A stretch of DNA of 64,000 nucleotides from Styela clava (taxonomy: Eukaryota). Under the pieces are notes generated by a model. The model saw only the letters and a program-made list of their open reading frames with translations, did no database searches and had not been told where the DNA came from. Positions 25,388 through 38,590 of the stretch are shown here, piece after piece; within the stretch, counting starts at the first letter, position 1; every line of letters begins with the position of its first letter. The DNA lies in NCBI RefSeq assembly GCF_964204865.1, contig NC_135250.1, forward strand, positions 4,836,001-4,900,000, in the 5' to 3' direction. The position numbers and the translations under genes are program-made.

Positions 25388-28300
25388 TTTGGTGTATATT
25401 GCTAATAATAATTCTCGCTAAATTGTTTTCTGCAAAATAGACCACCCTCATTTTTACTAATGAAAAAAAAAATTGAAATTATATTACACGCTATCGGGTC
25501 CTTAGCTATTTTATAATACAGTTTCGATTCAATACTCCCTACAACCTCGCTAAAAAATATAACCAATAAATTTCTAGAATAGTAATTAATGTAAAATGCT
25601 ATAGTGTCATTGATGAAGCATCGCGCTCGAGCTATTTCCTCACCTCAGCTTAAAATGCCAATATGATTTCCTTGTACAATAATAATAAAGCGCCATACAA
25701 TATGATGGGGGTTATTGAATAAAAAACATGTCATCAACGTTCATTGCCCTAGGAAGATAAAACACGCGATAGATGAGCAATAAGATCTAAATCTGTTCGT
25801 CATTACGAAATACAAATCTCTACCAATCTTCTATAACGAACATTATTCTCTTCTAAGTTGCAGAAGCGAACATTGTTCAGTGATGTTTTGATCCCACACG
25901 GATTTATCTTTGTCGCTCATGATGTTGTTCTATGATTTTTTAGCATGTTACATGAGGCCTACTTTTATTATAGACCAGCAATTCCCAAATTTTTTGTTCG
26001 TGCGGCGCCAAATTTTCAGGGAAAATCTCACGGCACACTTACTCGAAAAAAATGCTGCTTTCAAAGAAAACTCATTTCTGTGATCGCTAATGTGTACTTT
26101 ATGCTATTTAAAGTTTGTGAACATGTATGACTATCGAAAAATTGCAAAAGGTCAACTCTTCTTTTTCATCTCTGCCTGATTTTCTTTTGTTAGGCTAAAC
26201 ACTCATGTTCGCTAAATTCGGTTCAGCTGATAAATAAACAGCACGGAGTGAGGTTCACGTAGCCCTTAGCATATTATGATTTTCGCCACCATTCTAGTTT
26301 GCGAGACTCAGAAGATAAACTGAGAAACATGTTTCAGCTATTACTAACTATAGCAAAGACAGGTCATGTTCGAAAATATGACTTCAATAAAAAAAATTTA
26401 AAAATTCACCTCGACCTTTGACAGAAAGAAAAAAAATGGCGGCGGTTCGAAATTTATGTCTGAACAAATTCGAATAATTTACTATTCGATTCGACATGAC
26501 CAGTTCTATTTGTAATCGAGCAAGGGGCTTTTGTCCACAATATGAGTCTTTGAACGAGTGGAAAACAAAAATTAAAAAGTAATATTGATGACGTTGGCCG
26601 TTTTTTGCCAACGAATATTCGAAGATAGAGCCGTAATTGAATCAAGGAAAATGACGTGGAAGCTTCTTGTTCGTTGCCCAAAATGTATATTGGAATTAGT
26701 GCTAGGCATTTTTGAAAACCTGGTGATTTCAGAATTGAATTGAATATTTTTTTCGAAATGGATCTCGAAGATTTTCAACTGTATACTATGTGACATGTTT
26801 CATCAATATCTCACAAGAAAGAAAAGAGTCATATTTCGAAATTACGTTGTAAAAAGATGGCTTCAATAAAAAAAAATAAGGAATTAAGATCAACCATTTA
26901 TCTCTGATTCGAAACTCCCGCCTGAACCGGTTCGATAATTTTCGATTCGATATGCCCAGCCCTAATTGGAATGTGCTTCAATCAATTTCCACCTTGTAAT
27001 AAAGTCGATTTCTCGGGATTTACATGTCGAGAACTTTACGATCATATCAAATATTCTCCGATAAAAAATGACTGAACTTATCTTTATATACAATTATATA
27101 TAAAATTTAGCCTCCAAGTAACGCAGAAGCATTTCCTTGTATGAAAACTGACACATGAGAGTTCAAAATTTTCCCTTCACTACCCTCGTATCAAACATGG
27201 CGAATATTCGGTTTCTACTCAGCCAATATGACTCAACAAAACACACGAATGGTAGGTTGTAATGATTTCCGTGTCCGATGATTGAGTAAGTCTCCATTTA
27301 GCATGATTTGAATATGAATTGTATATATATGATCTAAAGAAATTCCTACTCTATACTTCCGTTATGTATACACTCATTAGATATAAATTCATACCGTCTG
27401 TGACATAGGACGCAAGAGGTGTAGTTTTCCATTAGTGTAGGATTGAGACCCCACATCAGATCGGCATGTTTTAATTGTGTTACGCTTAACCAGCATAAGA
27501 ATTGAACTACAGCTCAATTAATGTGTGTAGTAGGTAGGCCTATAGTTGTTTTATGATAGTGAATCCTTGCATACAGCGACTTGAGGTGAAATTCTGGATC
27601 AAGATTAGTGACATACAAGGGGAATATGACGTACCGACATAGAGATTATTTAATTACGTTGAATCCAAAACAATCGAGTAAAGAATGAAATAATTTGGAG
27701 TGTAAAAAGCCTTGTTTATGGTCTTATGCAAGGTTTTTTTTACCAGAGACTCGGCCTACTTAGAGGACTATGAGCGTTTCTCTAAAAGCCACAAACGCCT
27801 TCACTATGTACGATAGGCGGTGACTATACTGATTTAAAGTAAATTGGCAGTGATCTGTCTCCATTTTTGACTTTATTATTTTGCTCTATTGTTTTTAGTA
27901 GTATTGTTTAGTAGTATGAAAAACGACTGATAGAAGCGTGTTATTAGCAAACTTAGGTGTTTTAATGAAGCACAAAGGCTGACAGTCTTTTGAAGAGTAT
28001 CGCGCGCGAATCAGCAAAGTTTGAAAACCACTCGTCTAATGATTTACCATCGAAACTGGTAAAAAGTTGTTTCTTCAACATGAAGGCTGTGATCAAAATA
28101 TTTCTTCTGATTTTACTTTTACAAACTACAAACAGCCGTGTCAATGGTATGAATTTGATCTGGTAAACTTTAACTTTCTTGTACCTTGAAGTATCGATTA
28201 CCGGTTTCCTAGTTATAAAATAGTTATATCAGTGGCATTCAATCAGGGTTCCACCAGTACAGTCCAGGGTTCCGCAAGTTTACTTTCAGTTCCGATAGTT

Positions 28301-28757
28301 TGTATTATGAAATGAATATTGTTTAAATATAAATACACTGGTATATGAAATGTGTTCCACAAGTGTTCTGTGAATGGTACAAGGGTTCCTCGAGTCTCCG
28401 GAATTTCATTGTTGTTCCGTTCCAATAAAAATGTTGTAATACATTGAATTATATAATAGTGGCCATAGGTTGAACATTTGTATTCGTTTTTTTTCGATAT
28501 CTTCATTGTATTGGAATTTTACAGACCAAAAATAGCGGAAATAACAATGCGTCACATACAAAGCGCAATACAGTGACAGCTTATAAAATGCCAATCTTAA
28601 CGGGGACGACATCCGCTATTGCGTTTCATAGATCACAAAGTTGACTCAACATTCGAACTTTAATATGTACCAACTTACAGAGACTCGTTTTTGTGTATTA
28701 TTTTCCACCCACCATGTCATACACTCATTAGCGGTTTCTGCTTTTTATAAAACTTCA

Positions 28758-31700
28758 ATGTATACTTCTCATTTACCGCTTTTAACTAAACTTTCAGGTA
28801 TGCTTTTTTCAAATGTTGTAGTAACATAAACCTTCATTTGAAAAAGAGTTTGTAGTTGAAGAATACAAGCGTTGAAATTTGAAAATAAATGCTAAGGAGG
28901 TCCTTAGATGGAGTTCTCACCTCTTTCGATAGAACAATGTCTATTCACACTTTTGTCAACAATTACCATGTGTAGCTCATGATAGAAGCGTTCATTTTTA
29001 TTGTATTTTAATTGCAGGAATCAATTTTTATGGTCAGAATTTATTTAGACACTGGAAATTCCGATTTAATATCACAATATTTTTATAATTAGCTCGTATT
29101 ATATTTTATCATTCAGGAAACTCGAACGAACCCTCCTGTACTGAGGACAGAGGCAAGAAGACTTTTCAAATAAACTTTTCCTCGGTGAGCGTAGCATTAT
29201 GCAATATACTTTCATACTAGGTCTTTTATGCAATGATACAGTAGTAAAAAATACGGCAACAATATATCAATACTGATACAATAACTAGAAAATAATAAAA
29301 GACCCAAGTACATACCGAACACAGCAGGAAGGAGACTAACGTTAGCACCTCCTTCGGCTTCATGTCGATTGTTTACGTTCGCGCGTCGAAAGCGATTGAG
29401 CGTAAAGATCACGTGACCAACAAGAAACCACTCGGGGCGCAATTGTACAAAATTTGCGATGAAACTGGAAGCCTATAAGAAATGTTAGAAATATAAAAAT
29501 AATAACCATTTGGCCTAACCCTAACTACAGAAAATTAGTAACCGATAGGCTTGGTTGGCACTTAATAGGAGAAGCAATTTTTCGCCTGTGTGAACTCCAA
29601 GAATTTTCCTGAACTTATATTTCGATCGTATTGTTTCATCGTTATCGTTAAGACAAAGTCAAGCAAAATCTAATTAACGATATTAGCCCACGAAAAGATG
29701 TAATCGAAATGGTATTTCCCAAACAATATTATAGGTTTAGATTAAAAAAAACTTAGATTGTAATTGTATCACAAATTTATTATATTCTAACACTTTGATT
29801 TTCTTTCTTCTCAGGTTGCTGATCTGGAAAGTAAGTGTAAAACATATTATTTTGGGAACGAAAATGAAAATCGGTCTTCTACAGAGTGGGGCAAATAAAC
29901 CTCCGCATTCTATTTAATTAGAAACTGCCTTTTTAATCACCTTAACTTATTTAATAAATCTGGGATGATAATACAACGCTACCTCCAAAGAAAGTATTGG
30001 TTCGCTTCAGCGTAGACGTGAAACAGATACAGGAAGTTTGACTTAACAAGTTTAAACAGGCTATGCGGTAGGCTAACAAATTGGCGCTCCGGCAGTATGT
30101 GTACCAAGATGACGCAAAATCTGAACCCTAACCTGGTACACATACTATGTTCAGGTTGTGCGCCATCTTGGTACACATACTTCGGGAGCACCAACAAACC
30201 CTATATTTTTTATCGTTAATATTTAAAAGCTTGACATGTTTGAAACTTCACAATAACGCAGATTAATATTCATTAGGTATCATTGATATTAATTTGTTTT
30301 GAGCATTCTTCTGAAATCAAATTACAAAAACAATTCAAATAATTCAAAATGAGATAAAAGAATATAGGCTACAACTTCCAAAGTGCTATGTTAATTTACT
30401 CAGAAAAGTTGGTGATGCCTGAATTCCGTAAGTTTCTAGCCAGGTAATACTACTAATGCAGTTTTCATCGAATGTCGATAAAGTAATCCAACGAATAAAT
30501 ACTTTAAAACCATTTTAAAAATATAAATTTTGTCCAGAAAAATTAAGAAACGATCCTGACCTACAACGTTACTTGGAAGAGAAACTATCGACAAATGCAG
30601 AAGAATATGAAATTACAACAGGTTATTATTATATTTGTCTTCACTTATTTTTGCTCAAATATTTAGTACTTTCTCTCATGAACCTGGGATTTCGATTTTG
30701 TTTTTCACATAAGGAAATTTGCTCAATGCAAGGTCCATAGCACTCACTCAGAAGTGTCATTAGTTAGTGAGGCAATAATGAAATATAATGTAGAATTGGA
30801 ATTGACGCGAGACATGAAGAATAGGATTGTCCTGTTTATCTTTGAGGAGAGGAAAGTCGATTAGTTGGCTTAATCAAAGGCCGTACCACGGTCTCTCGCC
30901 CTGTCCATGTCGGGTATGAGATTGGTTAGGCAGTTATTTGTTTTCAGATATTTCGACTCGATGTTCGGTTGCATCATTTCAGGTGATATGTTGTATGACA
31001 CAGTCATAGTAAAAAGCCATTTTTAACTACTCGATTATTCATCAAAATAGTAACTTTCCTGTTTAAAAACTACAATACGAGTTAAGGCCTACTTTTCAAA
31101 CAATGAGCTCTTCAGCTCAAACAATACACACACATATATATATATATATATGCCTACTAGTCTTGCTTTATGATTGGCGAATGATTTATTATATTTTACA
31201 GTTCTTCAATCTATCGATCCTCAATTAAGTGAGACAACGGCTACTTCTCCACAGATGGGGACCACTCATGCTGAAATGACAACAGAAAAATCAACTACTG
31301 GTATAATATATATGTTTACTGTCTATGTTTAGATGCTGGAAGCCTATCGAGAACTTGAATTTTGTGTACGTTATATGTCGGTGCATTTTTCTCGTTTGAA
31401 AAAGAAGAGCCCCCGTCGCTAAATTAATCAAAATGTCTGGGGAAGTTTTTCTAGAATCTGACATTTTTGGCAAATCTGCTTTTTCGTGTCAGGAATTTAT
31501 TAATTCAAATCAATATCCCTCTCTGCTTACAGCTTTTTTTCATTCAATATAGTACGATTATTCGCGATACTCGTCTAACCATTAAAAATAAGACTTCGTA
31601 TCAAATGAAGAATTCGTATCATTTTGAATCTATTTTCCATATATATGTGCAGACGACCTTAAGACATGGAATAAATCAAGCAGCAATTATTATTACAAAC

Positions 31701-32546
31701 TATTTCGCAACCCAGTCAACTACACAACTGCTAAAGCAAATTGTCAAAAGTTAGGAGCCGATCTTGCATCAGTGGGAGTGAGGAATGCTACCGTCCGCAG
31801 GTTAGGTGCTATTTGTTGCTAACATCAAGTAGACACATTACTTATATTTTAAATACATTCGGATCCCAAATAATCAGGTCAGTGGAGTTGGAATTTAGAA
31901 TTTGGCATGTTTTCTGCAGCCGGATTTAGAATTCCTGTATCCGGGGTCAAAGTTGGGGTCGAAATTTTAGAATTCCAATGGTAATAAAATCAGTTGAAAT
32001 TTTTTGCAGAAATATAGAAAAGCATTGATTTTTCCAAGCGTTTTAAACAGTCTATTGAAATAAAAATAATTTTGTGGCCCCTGAAGCCGACAACCTTAGA
32101 CCACCCTGGTTTAATTTAGGTGTTCATGGATAAGTATTATGGTGATAATAAAAACGAAAGAGTATCAATTATACTACGGCGAATATAAAGGTAGGAAATT
32201 CCTCCTCGTTTCAGAAATGTTGATTTGGGTCTTTAATTGTTTGATTACCTAACCTAAATTATATATATTTTATTGCAGCAAAATACTTCAAATGGTGAAG
32301 TCAGGGGAAAAAGATACTTGGGTTGGTCTGGATGACATCAATGAAGAAGGAAGATTTGTGTGGGCTGATGGCGTTATTTTAATAAAAGAGAATGCATATT
32401 GGAATGTTGGACAACCAGACGACTATGAAGACAACGAAGATTGTAGCGAATTCAGTGGTTATCAAAGTTGGAAGTTAAATGACGCTCGATGCTCAGACCA
32501 CCAATATTACATTTGCGAAAAAAGACCGTTTTTTTGGGATCAGTGA
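28758..32546 (+). CDS. CTL-D: C-type lectin, QPD motif, with microexon-encoded N-terminus and Ser/Thr-rich stalk (~250 aa)
   Basis: Exons 28758-28797 (start uncertain), possibly 29018-29032, then 29117-29184, 29815-29830, 30404-30427, 30538-30621, 31202-31300, 31653-31800, 32279-32546, all in frame. CRD has WVGLDD, WNVGQPDD, EDC, WKLND. CRD exons are secure; the first exon is not. Confidence 0.75.
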
Positions 32547-32563
32547 ATGAGATTCCTATAAAG

Positions 32564-33119
32564 CAGGGGTGGGCAACCTTTTTCGGCTCGCGTGCCAAAA
32601 TCGACTAAATTTAAAGAAAAAATTTATCCGCGTGCCGACCAAAATTGAAAACAATGCTTAGCTACTTTCAAAGCAAAAATACACAATAATAAACCTCTTA
32701 AAAATGTACAGACAGATTCAATATCCGGGAAAATATCAGTTCAACAAATAGATTTTATTAATTTTCTTATTCTACATCAGTGAGACTTCTGCTGCTGCAT
32801 TACCGCTGGTAGAGATTTTACATTGAGTATATTTTGTAACTTTCAAAGAAATACACGAACTACTGATTTCATCTTTTAGGCTACTCCTGTTACGAGACTC
32901 AATAAAGTCCATAACTGAGAACAGAGATTCACAAGCATATGTAGATGAAAACATGAAGAGTAATGCAGTTGCAAAGTTTTTGAGACACTAAAAATTCTCG
33001 GGAATGGAATCCCAATCAACCAATAGTTCGTTTTTTGCACTTCTCCCTCGTATACCCTTCTCTAATCGCTTACATTTCTTTTGAAATTTGGCACGCGTGC
33101 CAGGGGTTGCCCACCCCTG
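32564..33119 (-). mobile_element. Internally deleted hAT (Buster/Charlie-like) element with transposase C-terminal relic
   Basis: TIR CAGGGGTGGGCAACC, flanks CTATAAAG/CTATAGAG. Relic FSSTYACESLFSVMDFIESRNRSSL (32772-32954) resembles the hAT dimerisation region. Confidence 0.87.
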
Positions 33120-33443
33120 CTATAGAGTGAGGTCCAACACATAATAGCGTGGATATACCATATAGCGTGAGGTCTACCGTTGCATGTCCCATCCCTGGTG
33201 GATATCATTTATTTCTGTTCATTTTAAATAGCCACACACACGCCCAATCATGTACACTCACTCAGACAGCACCAGGATAGAGACCGCACGCACAGGTAAT
33301 ACCTTATATTCTTTCAATATATAGAAAGACTATTGCATTACTGCGCATCTGGCTGAGAAGTAGCTGTAATTATGTCATCGGCTTACAAATCTTTTGCACC
33401 ACGCAGGCTCGAATGTGCATTGATTTGACCACAACGCATTTAT

Positions 33444-33699
33444 TTGATTCAAATTGACAAAATGTTGAATCAAAAAATAAACGGGAGAAATGTAAAACAT
33501 AAGTCTATATTTCTAACCTGCAATACAGAACAAATAAATATATTCAAAATTAAAAAAAAAATGTGACAAGTTTTTTTCATTTCACATTTTTTTTTAATTT
33601 TATATATATTTGTTCTGTACTGCAGGTTAGAAATATAGACTTATGTTTTACATTTCTCTCGTTTATTTTTTGATTCAACATTTTGTCAATTTAAATCAA
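33444..33699. repeat. Long imperfect palindrome (~120-bp arms, ~16-nt loop)
   Basis: TTGATTCAAATTGACAAAATGTTGAATC...AATGTGA is the reverse complement of TCACATT...GATTCAACATTTTGTCAATTTAAATCAA. Confidence 0.9.
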
Positions 33700-35544
33700 T
33701 ACATTTACCCGCAATGCGCGATGCGATAGAAATCGACATATGTGATAAATATTTATTTCGATAATGAAAGTGGATTACTTCGTTAAATATAATATTAATA
33801 TTTTGTCGAAGTATTACGTTATTTCAAATAAGGAAAATGAAGGCAAACTTCAAAGATCCAACGCAAACAAAGGAACTCATTTCTTAATTTTCAACATTTT
33901 TCACTTTCCACGGCCATAAAACAAATAATAAAATGATAAATAAACATAATAATAAAGAATAAATAAATGATAAATAAATAATGTCTCGAAACTTCATAAT
34001 CAAGCCTCGTCCAAAGACGTACCTCCCACATCTGGTTCGAAACGTCCGTAGTCCAAAACGTCTGTATGTCATGTCATCACCATTTGAAAACAAGAGTAAT
34101 AAGCTTAATTCATATAGTAAAAACTACGACTGAAAATCTGTTTATTGCCCGTTTATGTAATATGCCATAAGTGTGAGAGTGTTACTTATTCTCGCCATTT
34201 TAAAATCACTTTTAGAAATGTATTTTTAGAAAAAAAAATGTGTAAAGAAAATATATATGTAAATATGTATTTTCAAAGTTCGGTGTAATGTCTTATATTA
34301 GGATAGCATTTCCGAATTTACCCGGGGAAAGGATAAGACGGCTTAATCATATGGCGTTACAAATAGTATTAACATTTTATTTCTAACAGCAATACTGCTT
34401 TATGTAGATCAGCTTATATTTCATATAATATATAAGCTTCAAACTGACATTTGTTCCTTCAGATTAAACGCCATTATTCACGTAAAATCACAGATCGGGC
34501 AATATTCGAAAACATTAGCACGGAAAGGCTCGAATGTTCAAATATTAAAATTTATCAAATTTAAGTTCAAGACCACCTTGATATCATTAGTAACTTTCCA
34601 TTCAACATGATTTTCAACAAAGCATAGCAAGCTTTAAATCAAACCGTATCACAATGCTGGTTTAAGACTCCTGACAGTGGCGGTTCAATCAAATTAGGAA
34701 AATCTGACACATTTATTTGTTGAAAGTTTTATCTTTAAAAGTGTTTTATTCAATATTCACAATATTTGATCCCATTTTTCTTCATCTCTGTTGAACTTTA
34801 TCACATTTTTGTACTTGTGTATTTATTTGTTCTGTACTGCAAGTTAGAAATAGAGAATTATGTTTTCCATTACTTTCGTTTATTTTTTCATTCAACATTT
34901 TGTCAATTTAAATCAAATTAATGTGTATATATAAAACAAACTATAAGTTATGCATTACTACTTTATAGTCTGCATTCCAAAGTATATTATTTGTTTTCTA
35001 AATCAACAAACATTACTGAAATATCGAAACCAAAATCGTTTTGGTAATAAGAGAGAAGCACGCTGAAAATCAATCAATCAACGAATTCGAACGAGCAAAC
35101 GAACACAGCAAAAGAAAAACAAAATTAAACTTATGCCTTCGCCTAAATGGGCAACCGCGCTGGACCAGGTCAACCGCGCTGGACCATTTGGTCTACTGGT
35201 CAGTAGGAGTGGGCATTTTCGAATACCTGATAATTTTAGTTTCCAATATTTCCTTCTGAATCGATTCGAATTACCGGTCAAGTAAAAGGGAATGTTTGAA
35301 TTATTGTTAATTAAATCATCAAACTAAGCAACAAATTGATCCCTACAACGTGCTGCTCGGCGCCGCTACACCTATAACCCTCCCCTTAGCACGCTTCAGC
35401 ACCTGCAGTTTGAACGTTCAAGAAACGGAATAAAGACTTCTTTCTATTGAAAGTGAAAAAATGATTATCATAACATAAAGTGATTAAATATTTTACAACA
35501 GTAAGCGCAGCGATGGCTTCAAACCAAATAAGGCAAAATAAAAA

Positions 35545-36177
35545 ACGAGAATATCGGTCAGAGACCGAGGACTTATCGATCGAAAGTTAGGGGATCCTCC
35601 AAAACAGCGCTTTTACTCCATAGTGACACCTTGTGTCCCATCACTAATTAATTAATAACTCGCTAATGATACGACATAATTCATCCAAAATCAATAGGCT
35701 TCTGGTCCGACATATGATGAATGCACATGTAAAATCTGGAGCAGATTCAATCTCGTTTTCGTGAGATATCCCGTGCATCTAACAGACAGACAAGCAGACC
35801 GACAAACAGACAGACAAACAGGCAGACAAACAGACAGACAAACAGACAGACAAACAGACAGACAAACAGACAGACAAACAGACAGACAAACAGACAGACA
35901 AACAGACAGACAAACAGACAGACAAACAGACAGACAAACAGACAGACAAACAGACAGACAAACAGACAGACAAACAGACAGACAAACAGACAGACAAACA
36001 GACAGACAAACAGACAGACAAACAGACAGACAAACAGACAGACAAACAGACAGACAAACAGACAGACAAACAGACAGACAAACAGACAGACAAACAGACA
36101 GACAAACAGACAGACAAACAGACAGACAAACAGACAGACAAACAGACAGACAAACAGACAGACTAACAGACAGACAA

Positions 36178-36240
<63 letters not shown>

Positions 36241-36315
36241 AACAGACAGACAAACAGACAGACAAACAGACAGACAAACAGACAGACAAACAAATAGACA
36301 GACAAATACCTATCA
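35545..36315 (-). mobile_element. Helentron/DINE-1-like element, copy 2 (one end truncated), with expanded microsatellite
   Basis: Reverse complement of the 7379-8018 ends. Includes the TCGGTCagaGACCGA hairpin and the ACTTATCGATC subTIR. Confidence 0.72.
35782..36305. repeat. Compound microsatellite (ACAGACAGACAA)n
   Basis: Directly visible 12-bp higher-order repeat built from ACAG/ACAA tetramers, ~520 bp. Confidence 0.97.
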
Positions 36316-36577
36316 GGAGGCAACTATTCTTTGTAAATTTGTCCATTTTTTTTCAAAATTCCGTATTCGTCTTGATGCCCTCGATTGTTTAAATATTTCC
36401 TTATTCCTAAAGTTCTGTGTCAAATCTTGTTCAATGTATTCATAGTATACCAGGCTTCTTTCCTCGTGATTTTCCGAAAGATCTACCCACTAATACAACT
36501 AGGCCTATTGTGTCTTAATAATAAAAAAATAAACACTCTCACATTTTACTGACTCAAACTTCAACCTTTATTTATAG

Positions 36578-37575
36578 ATGTTCTGGGACAACTGAGAAAA
36601 AGTGTCAAAGCAAAAAGTGAACTATTTATCACTTTTTGAGACTGTTTTCAATATATTTTCCAAGAAATCGAATCATGATTATGAGTTAAAGTTATTATCA
36701 CAAACATCTATATCTACATATCATAGTTCTTTATTCGTCTCTATGCATTTGCGCAAGTGAATCCGTATGTTCTTGAGCCAGAAGTTATTTTCAACTTTAT
36801 GTATTTGTAAGATTTTTGTGAGATAAGCATTATAGTGAGTGCGGCTACCTAGTGTTCAAAGCGTTGGACTAAACCACGGATGTGCACCCAGGGCCCACAA
36901 GGAAAAATTGTGCGACCCGCGGAGAAATGCCGAATCTAAATGGTGTGCGTCCTGCGAAACGAATTTTTAATTTAATTCAATCGGGTGTGAGTAATTTCAA
37001 TATTTTTGCGTTGTAAAATCTATGACCGAGTCCAATTTATTATCTATGCATATGGCAATTACTAGGAAAATTACTAGGTACTAGAAAAATCGATCCCCAC
37101 TTTTCTCTAGAATTGTAGTATATATTTGAAGAAATCCTGATACCGTACCAACTGGCAAAAGTCGGAGGTTAGATTATTATGCTAAATTCAACTTTTTTTT
37201 CGAGGGTTACACAAAAAATTCTACTCTTCCTTGCATCTGCGTCAATGGTTTCGTCTGCGTATGATACAAGAATAATATCCCAAATTAAACAAATAGAACT
37301 GAGTGAATTTGTTAATATTTTTGTTGCAGCGAAATAATGCCATTGATCAAAGCTGGCAACTATCACGTATGGATTGGTTTAAGAAAATTTGAAGGTAAAT
37401 TCATCTGGGCTGATGGCGTAGATTCAACTGAAAGTAACACTGATTAGTATGCAGAACAGCCAGATAAATGGAAAGGTGACGAAATTGTGTACAATTTTAT
37501 CCTGTGGATACATGCAAGTTAAACGATGTACGTTGCACCATGGACATGAAATATATATGCGAGGCACGTGCTTAA
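36578..37575 (+). pseudogene. CTL-E: pseudogene relic (39-nt neck exon plus H-like terminal exon with QPD)
   Basis: Exon 36578-36616 encodes DVLGQLRKSVKAK. Exon 37330-37575 has TAG at 37445 in place of the conserved Trp and a 1-nt frameshift before CV. I found no first CRD exon and no 5' exons. Confidence 0.85.
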
Positions 37576-37657
37576 AAATATTCGATTCTATTGTAATCTC
37601 ATTTCGTAATTGGTTATACACAACTACGGATAAAAACAGTGTGCCCATAAAAAAACA

Positions 37658-38033
37658 CGAGAATATCGATCGGAGACGGAAGAATAACGATATAAAGTTA
37701 GGGTATCCCCCAAAACAGAAACTGCGGTTTCGATTCATTTGCTCCGACTCTATAGTGACACCGCGCGTCCCATCACTAACTAATTAATGCCTCGGTAAAT
37801 ATACGGCATAATTCATTCAAAATCAATAGGCTTCTGGTCCGAGATATGATGAATTTACACGCAAAATTAGGAGCAGATTCAACCTCGCGTAAGATACGAA
37901 ACTGTCTAACAGACAGACAAACAAACAAACAAAAAAAAAACAAAAAAACAGACAGACAGAGAGACAGACAGACAGACAGACAGACAAACAAACAAATACC
38001 TATCACCATACTTACTGATCAAGATCGATAAGT
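37658..38033 (-). mobile_element. Helentron/DINE-1-like element, copy 3
   Basis: Same body as copies 1 and 2, a degenerate ACAG tract at 37910-37995, and terminal GATCGATAAGTAA. Confidence 0.72.
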
Positions 38034-38304
38034 AACAATATATATATATAAGTAACAAGATCAATAAGTAATAACCAAGGTTATAGAATATAACTGTGAT
38101 GCGAAAAGCCCTGGAATACTGAAACTTGAGGGCACATTTATTCACTAACAAAAATTCGAGTGTAAAAGAAGTTTTTCATGTAAAGTTTTAAGAAATCCAT
38201 GATTAGTGTTTGTTCTAATTCACCCTGTACCACAAACATTAATGTGGTAATCTGTATCTGCTTTTGGTATTGATTCTGTTTAGCTGTTTGATCACCCTCT
38301 ATTA

Positions 38305-38590
38305 CAGTGGTTCTCAAACTTTTTAAGCCCCTCGTGCCCCACTTCAAAAATGATAATTAGGTAAAAATATCCCATAAATAACTGCTAGTAAGGCGAAAGT
38401 ATGTTTTATTCAGAAAACACGTTGGAAATACGTGCATCAAACGTGAATATACAAAATAAAGAAATGTAATTGTTCAAAATAAGGCTGGCAAGATCAAATC
38501 TAACTTTTTATTTTCAATTAGCTTCACGCCCCCTAAAATAGATTATCTGCGTCCCTTTGCTGGGCGCTTCCCGCCATTTGAGAACCACTG
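38305..38590. mobile_element. hAT-type MITE
   Basis: TIR CAGTGGTTCTCAAA with perfect 8-bp TSD CTCTATTA. Confidence 0.9.

Larger units (their letters stand above)
23120..32560. repeat. Segmental duplication unit (CTL-C 5' half plus CTL-D); direct copy at ~54230-64000
   Basis: Collinear similarity throughout. The ORF-track peptides at 28641/59770 and 29212/60341 are identical. Confidence 0.92.

Noticed and set aside
28243-30197. Short ORFs nearly identical to those at 59372-61325
   Set aside because: Identity reflects the recent segmental duplication. The minus-strand ORFs have no recognisable protein features.
32772-32954. ORF resembling GTF2IRD2/hAT C-terminus as a host gene
   Set aside because: It is a fragment inside a TIR/TSD-bounded deleted transposon, with frameshifts around it.
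35691-36346. Long ORFs of CLSV/CLFV/TDRQ repeats
   Set aside because: Translations of the stop-free (ACAGACAGACAA)n microsatellite. Not CRISPR either, since there are no unique spacers.
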